Shown here one piece after another: positions 57,401 through 64,000 of a DNA stretch of 64,000 nucleotides (its first letter is position 1; each line of letters opens with the position of its first letter). The DNA lies in assembly GCA_963786955.1 (NCBI GenBank), contig CAWBAT010000008.1:480001-544000 (forward strand), written 5' to 3'. Under the pieces are notes generated by a model. It made no database searches, was not told where the DNA came from, and worked only from the letters and a program-made list of their open reading frames with translations. This DNA comes from an uncultured Acidimicrobiia bacterium (lineage in GTDB: Bacteria; Acidobacteriota; Terriglobia; Versatilivoradales; Versatilivoraceae). The translations under genes were made by a program, and so were the position numbers.

Positions 57401-57519
57401 TATTTAACCACCCGGTCTTTGCTTTACCGGTGACCAGCATGGCGTCATCATCTTTTGGAAAGAGCTCGAGTGCTGACCCTGGGAGACAGATCCAGTTCAT
57501 GCTGAAGTTCAGCTTCTGA
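54478..57519 (+). CDS. TonB-dependent receptor, Oar-like, with N-terminal carboxypeptidase-regulatory-like domain
   Basis: Signal peptide; LTGRILDQSG, LPLNSR, SKTGTNQIHGS, RNGALDARNFF, FGGTIGGPI.KDK.F and GLRYD motifs; ends GRQIQFMLKFSF. Confidence 0.92.
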   Translation: MKPKTLCLRAFIGYLLCYMSLAGNLHSQGLTATLTGRILDQSGGSIAGTRIVATHADTGYTKEVTTSESGSYSLTALPVGVYSIEASMKGFKTLKKTPVTLNANQQLALDFTLSPGSVEQSIEVNSDVQYIQTQDATVNAKVYIDQAQNLPLNSRSPFELALLSPSISVSKQQSGPAMQFNINGSNANGYKLSFDGMEAGIGGDAQYWAGNNFNLSITSLDAIQEYDIATSNYSADIKGSSGYVNIVSKTGTNQIHGSFYDFYRNGALDARNFFEAKAGSLKLNDFGGTIGGPIKKDKIFYMVSYEGQRIHVPFAGFSRVPTAAFRAIVDPRMQPFLNLTPLPTEAIPGDPVIGIWRGNPLSIASQNLVTGRMDFIFGQKDRLFVQYTFNDGDLSGATLDPRVSQQNVQTIYPGYATLQPERHQSATLGWTRTFSPTFVNDLRVGVNRFLQGRVRGPTDPAYFDVPVISVPGLVIGGGGNKKKLGNTQPQLSDKATWVKGRSTFSFGGNYAFLMSGQNSFSVMSMAFVNAAGFAADKPSSVSSTYGTSLTQLGEHLSYNQVGLFVQEDFRWKPNLTVNIGLRYDNFGVFSDSTCNAKNVISTPFDPFRPPCDQLYDGNNDFGPRFGFAWTPLSGKPFVLRGGFGIFYGTHVSGQMGDVLGINNSLPFSATATDFPNLSYPFSPGLFANVTAKPGRFVLNPTTPDLYSEQWNLTAEYQFTNSMIFSLAYVGNHGLHVPVTQRPNTYYPIVGSRPSTSFGDIRMVANEGYMFYNGLQATLRRRLSNNLAFDVNYAWSHATGFTSGNLDISAAVSFSDDQVQTVLNTNLSRGTLPTDVTHNFSGDFIYQLPKLANSSKWVRAFLGDWTTSGLMKISSGLPFNLTTGLDAGDQRFTQRPNIVPGVSFTKSGVSPADGILNRAAFTVPTYVYPTYGLKLGDMANNSVRMPVTFYADWMVQKRVFTTEKIWLDFRTEFFNVFNHPVFALPVTSMASSSFGKSSSADPGRQIQFMLKFSF

Positions 57520-57522
57520 GTC

Positions 57523-57550
57523 AAAAAGCCTCCGGCAAAGCGGGAGGCCT
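57523..57550. terminator. Hairpin aaaaagcctccggcaaagcgggaggc directly after the receptor stop codon
   Basis: GC stem gcctcc/ggaggc; the U-tract is on the minus strand only. Confidence 0.45.
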
Positions 57551-57817
57551 GGAGTTTGGACATTTGTGCAGGCCAGAGGCCCACACCACAACCTTGTGGT
57601 GCTGGCGTCCCCGCCTGCCCCCCAACGCTCTATGATTTCCGTCTTCGAGGGTAAAGTTGCAGGCCGGAGTCACCGACCCGGCGCTGGAGTTTGGACATTT
57701 GTGCGGCCAGAGGCCAACACCACAACATTGTGGGGCAGGCGTCCCCGCCTGCCCCCCAACGCTCTATAATTCCCGTCTTCACGGGTAAAGTTTCAGGCCG
57801 GAGTCACCGACCCGGCG
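57549..57817 (+). repeat. Tandem duplication of a ~135 bp REP-containing unit (57549..57683, 57684..57817)
   Basis: Both units run ctggagtttggacatttgtgc...ggccggagtcaccgacccggcg, with scattered mismatches. Confidence 0.9.
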
Positions 57818-58078
57818 TTAACGGCCACCATAATTGCGAATCGCAGCACTTAGCCTGAGCTATTGGCGCTAGATGACCGCGTGATATGGCTCGAAATTGA
57901 TAATAGATGCATCCCACCTTTGAGTTTCTTCCTGAGAGAATCGCTATGTGAAGCGGTTTAAATGCGGTCTTCTGCGTTGCCTTCGGGACTGGAGACAGCC
58001 TTGACACTCCCGAGCAAGTCTCGCATTGATTTACACTTTATTCACAACACAAAAAGATACACCGTCGGAAGTCAGAGC

Positions 58079-60305
58079 ATGAATCGTCGTAGCTTCTTGG
58101 ACAATGCGCTAGATCTGGCAAGATCTCTGGCCATCGCAAACATTATGCCTGCGGGCGTATTGGCGAAGACTCCGCCCATCACTTTGGCCTCAACGTCGCA
58201 GGGTGCGCCGGCGGAGGGTACGAAGCCAGCCCACCCAGTGGCCAGGCCAGGTCTACCGTCGCTCCTTGGTTGATATTCATGTACCGGACTGGGATCCAGT
58301 CTTTTTGAGTCATTTTGACGTTGTGGATTACGTTGGGACGATCGCACGGGCTGGCTTCCAGAGTTTGATGCAATACGCCATTTCTTGCGCAGGGCTCTGC
58401 CTGTGGCGTACGAAGATAGGCCAAATGCACGCGGGCATGAGGGGCCGGGACTACTTCGGAGAGGTCATGGATGAGTGCAAGCGTCATGGCCTTCACAGAG
58501 TGGCTTACTTCCACGTCGTCTACGATAACCTTGGATTTGAGAAACACCCTGACTGGAGATTCCAGCCGGCTGAAGGCCTTGATAAGATTCTGGCAGGACG
58601 CTATGGCTTTACCTGCATCAACAGCCCGGCCCGAGATTATTATCTTGCTTTAGCTCGCGAACTGGTCCGCAGTTATGATTTTGAGTGCATTTTTAATGAC
58701 ATGATCCAGTGGCCGGGGGTTTGCTATTGCCGGCATTGCACGGCGCGTTACTGGAAAGAAGAGAATTCCGAGCCCCCGCGAGTTGTGGATTGGGACGACC
58801 CCCAATGGAGAACATTCCAGGCCGCCCGGCAACGGTGGCTGCTCGAGTTTGCTCAGGCCTTTACCGATGCGGTAAAAAGCGTTCGTCCGATCGATGTTCA
58901 ATATCAGTGTGGCGCCGTCTTCGAGAAGTGGTGGTACGGTGTGCCGCTGGAGGTGGCGACGCAAACATGCGATTTTGTTGGCGCGCATTTGGCTAAAGGC
59001 CCGGACGAGTACTCGCTGGCCTGCAAGGCGCTCAATGCCTTGAGCCGAACTCGTCCATTCGAGTTTATGACCTCGGTAACCAACAACCTGCGCGACCATG
59101 TATCAGTGAAGCCGTTGGACAAGTTCCGAATTGAATCATTTGTCCCCACAATCCATTCTGGGGCGATGCTCCCGATCGACGCGATCAACCCCGATGGGAC
59201 TCTCAACCACATGGTGTACGAGTATCTTCGCAAGATCAATGAAGAGAGGGCTCCTTTTGAGCCATTCCTTGGCGGCAGTTTATTAGCGGATGTGGCGGTC
59301 TACTGCGACAAGGAATCGATGTACAACCCGGACGAAAAAGGCATACGGGTCGACCAGTTGAAGGAAATGGACAAGATGCCGCACATTGCAGGTGTTCGGG
59401 GGGTCGCTCGGATTCTGCGAGAAGCTCACATTCCCTATGGTGTTCTCACGAACGTTACCCTGGATCAACTGAATAGCTATCGGGCGGTCATTATGCCGAG
59501 TGTTCTCGAGTTGACGGCCGTGCAGGCCGACCAGTTCCGGGTCTTCGTTGAGCAGGGTGGGGTTCTGTTTGCGAGCGGGTCAACATCACTGGACCGGTTT
59601 GACAAATCGGGGCCTCGCTACCTGCTTGAAGATTTGTTTGGAGTGCGCTACTTGGGGAAGCTGGGCACACGCGTGACTTATTTAACAGCCAAGGACGAGG
59701 AAATGAAGAAGGTTATCTGGCCGCAGAACGAGATTATTTTCCGGGGACCCATGGTTAGGGCCGAAGTACTGCGTGATGCCAATGTTTTGGCAACCGTCAC
59801 GCTGCCATATGTTCCTCCGGAGTCTGGACACTCCATCGGGAGCCGCTTTGCCTCGATCCAGAGCGACCCTCCTGCGGAATTGCCCGGAACTGACCCGGGG
59901 CTGGTGATCACTTCGTTTGGGCGGGGGAAGGTCGTCTGGGTAGCCGCTTCGATTGAGTCTGGAACGAACGCTGTGAACGGCAGGCTTGTTATTTCGGTTT
60001 TGCGACGTGTTCTGCCAGCACCCTACTCCTTCGAGGTGGATACCCACCCGTCAGTTGAGATGACCCTGTACCACCAACCTGAGAATCGGAGGTTGCTGGC
60101 GGGACTATTGAATATGCAACGGGATCTGCCACCGATTCCGGTGGGGGCGGTGGTGAGGGTACAAGTGCCTGCCGACCGCCGAGCCACGGCTGTGCTACGG
60201 GTGCCAGATCGGAAGGCGCTGGCGTTTGAAAAGGCAGGACCCTACTTGCAATTTCGGCTCGAACCCTTCCCCGTCATTGCCATGGCGCTGGTCGAGTACC
60301 AATAG
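58079..60305 (+). CDS. Tat-exported GHL6/GH151-like glycoside hydrolase with beta-galactosidase trimerisation-like domain; one frameshift near 58235
   Basis: ATG 58079 gives MNRRSFL. The catalytic body (RRSLVDIH.PDW, CINSP, FND, CYCRHC, PFEFMTS) is in the +1 frame. Confidence 0.72.
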
Positions 60306-60406
60306 CCGCCGCAATAATACCACCGAACTGGAAAGTCAGAGAAAAGAAGCCCAGGAATCCAAACGGAAAAAGCATTCGCTGAAGCACTCTGCTCAGAGGT
60401 CAAAGT

Positions 60407-62113
60407 ATGAATCGCCGTCACTTTATGGCTGGCGTTTCAGGTCTGGCCACTCAAATGGCTTGGGGATTTCAGACGGCGAGAGGCGACAACTCGATGACGC
60501 AGCGGTTGAAATCTCTACCCCCCAAGTACGGCCGTCTCAACAACGTGAATACCACCGACATCCTGGACGCTATTCGCCTGGGGTGCAATACGATGCAGAA
60601 CATTTTCAATGCCGATGACGACAACCTGCCATTCATGCTTGCACAGGTTCGGCCGGATGTCTCCCTCGCCTTCAGCGCCGGGCACAGCGATGCGCATCTT
60701 CCAGGTCGCCATTTGAACGCATTGCTCTACGCTGAAGCCGCTGCGGGCATTACTCTCAATGAAGAAGCGGTTGAAAGGCATCGACGGGCTGCGTTTCTCT
60801 CATTTAGCGGACCAGTGGCCTTGCCCCTGAATCGGACCTCTGTAGGCGGGCCGCGGATCAATTTTGCGGCGCATAACCTGCGCGAAGGGCTCCACGCCCT
60901 GTACCCATTAGTCAAATACCGCGACGACGAGAAGGCGCGACGGATCGCGGAAACTTGTATTGCAGCGATTTTCGATTTGTGGGATCCCACGCGTGGTTGG
61001 GATTCTGAAAAGTTGAGAAGGTATGGAATCATTCACATGGATCGGAATGCGAATTTTGTTCGAACGCTCCCCCGCATCCTCGGGCCCCTCGTCAAATACT
61101 ATCGCGCGACCGGCTATGGCCCTGCTTTGGAGTTAGCCGTCATCTTGAAAGACAAACTGCTGGCAGAACATTTCGCTGAAGATGGTGCATACAGCATCAC
61201 GGTTCAGGGCACCCACGGTCACTCAATAGCCTGTGTCTTGTCCTCTCTTGCCCAGATGGCAGAACTGACGCAAGATTTAGTTCTGCTCAACCGTGTTAAG
61301 AAGTTCTTTGACAACGGCATGTGGACACTCCGTGATCAAGTAGGCTGGGTTGTGGAAAAGACAGGGGACTCGGCCGTCCAGCGTCCGGATGTGGGTGAGG
61401 GTAATTCAAGTGGCGACTTGGTCGAAACGGCCTTGATTCTCGGGCGCCTCGGCTACTCGCAATATTTTGAGGATGCGGAACGGATTATTCGTTGTCATAT
61501 CCTGCCGTCGCAACTGCGGGACATCGGTTTCATTACAGCGCCGCCCAATCCCAGAAACGAAGACGGCAAACGCGATGTGGCTCGTCGTCTTCAAGGGGCC
61601 TGGGGCCACCCGGCGCCTTATGGGCACGAGCCTTTGGAACTCGAGGGATTCCCCGGAGTCCTATTCACCCTTGACATTGTCGGCGGTGTCGTTGCTTCGC
61701 TTTGCGAGGCATTTTGTAATGTGGCTACCTTCGACCTGACAGGGCATCACGTAAACCTGTTATTTGATTATGAAAATGCCAGGATCAAGGTCGAATCGAT
61801 TTACACTCATCCACATTTGCGGGTCACGTTGAAAAAGCCGGGGGCACTATGGATACGCATGCCATCGTGGGTGGAACCGCGGCGAGTGGTTGTTGAGGGG
61901 ACCACCGCTGTACCGCGTTTCACAGCATCGTACTTGCTGGTTAACGATCAACCCGTTGGGCACCCTGTGACCGTCAGATATGATCTGCCGGCCCGTACGA
62001 TTGTGCTTAAACACCGGACCCGCAATATACGGACACGACTGCGTGGCGATCAGGTTGCGGCGATGGATAATTTCGATGCGGATCTCACATTCTTCGATTC
62101 CTTAGAGAACTAA
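60407..62113 (+). CDS. Tat-exported (alpha/alpha)6 protein resembling GH127/GH146
   Basis: MNRRHFM Tat motif; GPLVKYYRATG...ALELA, THGHS, YFEDAERI.R.H.L.SQ, VNLLFD and IRMPSW motifs. Confidence 0.65.
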   Translation: MNRRHFMAGVSGLATQMAWGFQTARGDNSMTQRLKSLPPKYGRLNNVNTTDILDAIRLGCNTMQNIFNADDDNLPFMLAQVRPDVSLAFSAGHSDAHLPGRHLNALLYAEAAAGITLNEEAVERHRRAAFLSFSGPVALPLNRTSVGGPRINFAAHNLREGLHALYPLVKYRDDEKARRIAETCIAAIFDLWDPTRGWDSEKLRRYGIIHMDRNANFVRTLPRILGPLVKYYRATGYGPALELAVILKDKLLAEHFAEDGAYSITVQGTHGHSIACVLSSLAQMAELTQDLVLLNRVKKFFDNGMWTLRDQVGWVVEKTGDSAVQRPDVGEGNSSGDLVETALILGRLGYSQYFEDAERIIRCHILPSQLRDIGFITAPPNPRNEDGKRDVARRLQGAWGHPAPYGHEPLELEGFPGVLFTLDIVGGVVASLCEAFCNVATFDLTGHHVNLLFDYENARIKVESIYTHPHLRVTLKKPGALWIRMPSWVEPRRVVVEGTTAVPRFTASYLLVNDQPVGHPVTVRYDLPARTIVLKHRTRNIRTRLRGDQVAAMDNFDADLTFFDSLEN

Positions 62114-62273
62114 AGGCCTCGAGGTTCACTTGCTGTCGGCGAGGTTGAAAGTTGGGTCACAATTGACTTCCTTGCGGTGCACGCTCAAGAGGGCAAATTG
62201 AACTACCCGGCTAGATAATTGCCTGAGTGTTGATTGCATTGGACGGAAATCTCAACGGTTAGGGAAGTGCGCG

Positions 62274-63554
62274 GTGAGCAAGATAGGTATATCACGACGA
62301 GAATTTCTGGTGTCCGCGGGAGCAGCGTCCGGCGGAGTCGGTTCGCTCTCTAACGTCCAGCACGCAGGGACCCCAAAGCCTGAGTTATCCGGAGACCCGG
62401 GACTCGATGCCACAGACACATTTGAGGATTGGGTACCGGGGTCTAATTACAGACCCGGTTCGATCGTCAGGACCCAGTATGGGAATGTTCTTATTGGTGA
62501 TTTCGAGGAGGTGCTTTCCATTCCGGGGCGATATTTGAATGACCACTGTTTAGTGAGGAAGGGTGACGAATGGCATTTTTTCGGTATTGTTGGCTATACA
62601 CCCTCGAGTGTGAGAGATGAGGAGACCCGGCGGGCTGGAAGTGAGATATCGTTCGCCCACGCCACTAGTTTCAACCTGACAGATTGGAAAGTGCACCCTG
62701 ATGTCATCCAGTGTACCCACACTTGGCCAGAAAATAGTCATGTCTTTGCTCCTTATGTCATGGAGCATGATGGTCTTTTCTATATGCTGTACGCCGTTAG
62801 TGACCAGGAGACTATGCAGCGGATCTGCTTGGCCACGTCACGTGATCTCTTCGAGTGGCAGCGCTATGGGGGGAATCCGGTGATCGTCCCTTCGGTGTTT
62901 TGGTCCAAATGGCCAGGCTTTGGCCTGGGCGCCCGAGATGATGGGAGTTACGGCGGTTGCCGTGACCCGAACATCATCAGGCTTGATGACGGCCGATTTG
63001 TTGCCTACTGGGCGTCGCGGTTACAGGAAAAGTTCGGGAGAAATCTAGTCTGCATTGCAGCATCATTTTCCAATGACCTGGTTCACTGGCAGGAAATCGG
63101 CCCGGTTTTCAGCGTCAAGGCGTGGCACCAACAGCTGACGCTCGAAGCGGAATCCCCTTGTGTTGTGTTCAAAGATGGCTGTTACTGGTTGTTTTTCAAG
63201 AATGGGTGGTGGACCCACGTTGTACGTAGCAATTCGCCTTTTGATTTCTTTGGATACCACCCTGTTCGGCTGGGCTATAGTCACGCCTCCAAAGTATTTT
63301 TTTGGCGGGAAACTTGGTGGATCACGCACTGCAAGACATATCCTGATGATTTCTCGCAAGAACGAATCCAGAGAGCTTGGAACAATCCAAGTCTTACCCT
63401 CGGGCTTCTCGCCAATAGTCTTAGGGGTCTCTACTTGGGGAAACTCGATTGGCCACAAGGAAAGTTTCCGAGTTTTGCGAATCTCCCAAAGCTCCACAGC
63501 CACGGGGGAGACCGATGGACTTCGTCCTCAGGGGCTGCCAGTGCCAAATTATGA
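62274..63554 (+). CDS. Tat-exported five-bladed beta-propeller glycoside hydrolase (GH32/43/117-like)
   Basis: SRREFL Tat motif; catalytic-type motifs LNDH, FAPYV, CRDP and AESP. Confidence 0.82.
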   Translation: MSKIGISRREFLVSAGAASGGVGSLSNVQHAGTPKPELSGDPGLDATDTFEDWVPGSNYRPGSIVRTQYGNVLIGDFEEVLSIPGRYLNDHCLVRKGDEWHFFGIVGYTPSSVRDEETRRAGSEISFAHATSFNLTDWKVHPDVIQCTHTWPENSHVFAPYVMEHDGLFYMLYAVSDQETMQRICLATSRDLFEWQRYGGNPVIVPSVFWSKWPGFGLGARDDGSYGGCRDPNIIRLDDGRFVAYWASRLQEKFGRNLVCIAASFSNDLVHWQEIGPVFSVKAWHQQLTLEAESPCVVFKDGCYWLFFKNGWWTHVVRSNSPFDFFGYHPVRLGYSHASKVFFWRETWWITHCKTYPDDFSQERIQRAWNNPSLTLGLLANSLRGLYLGKLDWPQGKFPSFANLPKLHSHGGDRWTSSSGAASAKL

Positions 63555-63627
63555 TTGGGCAAATACGACGTGAATATGCCCGGACTTCTAAAGAAAGCTT
63601 CAACAAGCGAATGTGAGCTCTACATCT

Positions 63628-64000
63628 ATGATTAAGCATAATGAAGTACTAAAAGGGGCTCCAGACGGATTGACCTTTGATCAGGTGCAGAGGGCCCACC
63701 ATGAGGTCACTTATGAGGAAGTCGCAAAACATTACGGCGGTCCCATGTCGAAACATCCGGTAATCAGCGTCAAGGCTCATCCTGAAGTCATCTGGGTGCG
63801 GCCTGATATGGGAGTCGGAATGGTCGCTAATCCTTTCGCATTTGCTGTGGGTGATGCTCCCACGCCAATTCCATGGCGAGAGGTTAGGCGCTCCTTAAAG
63901 AACAGATACCTCCCCATTGTGATAAGCACGTGGTATGAGGCTCCACTACTTTATAAACAGCTGGCTTTCGCAACCCTCTTAGGGGCGCGCGAAGTCCGAA
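63628..64000 (+). CDS. 5' end of a CDS running off the window; possibly related to 12795..15443
   Basis: Open frame MIKHNEVL...VRRSLKNRYLPIVISTW....Y.QLAFAT, resembling IERSLEDGVLPIL.....Y..TAF. Alternative GTG start at 63613. Confidence 0.7.
   Translation, partial: MIKHNEVLKGAPDGLTFDQVQRAHHEVTYEEVAKHYGGPMSKHPVISVKAHPEVIWVRPDMGVGMVANPFAFAVGDAPTPIPWREVRRSLKNRYLPIVISTWYEAPLLYKQLAFATLLGAREVR

Noticed and set aside
57549-57817. Possible CRISPR array
   Set aside because: Only two long units, similar along their whole length with no unique spacers, and no cas genes in the window.

Overview
A 64 kb, gene-dense catabolic region of about 55% GC by eye. The Oar-type TonB-dependent receptor and REP-like repeats suggest Acidobacteriota, which is an inference. 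It holds about 45 CDSs in five co-oriented blocks, and nearly all are enzymes or transporters. They include a tandem set of cytoplasmic five-bladed beta-propeller (GH32/43/130-like) paralogs, a hydantoinase/oxoprolinase pair with a small Cys-rich partner, and (alpha/alpha)6, TIM-barrel and sialidase-like glycosidases. Oxidative sugar-acid enzymes (Gfo/Idh/MocA, lactonases, two dehydratases, aldolase), amide/ester hydrolases, three MFS transporters and a fused alpha-beta B12 diol dehydratase are also present. I found no kinase, ABC transporter, transcription factor, transposase, rRNA, tRNA or CRISPR array. Notable signals: (1) one palindrome, TTCA-N4-TGAA, lies about 66 bp upstream of TTGACA at three promoters; (2) the diol dehydratase carries a natural Q336A-type change and has no reactivase or microcompartment genes nearby; (3) a 3 kb cassette is flanked by a 125 bp direct repeat; (4) several Tat signals appear added in front of an older RBS+ATG; (5) one SGNH paralog looks catalytically dead; (6) five frameshifts may be sequencing errors. 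All family calls come from motif recognition by eye, not database searches.
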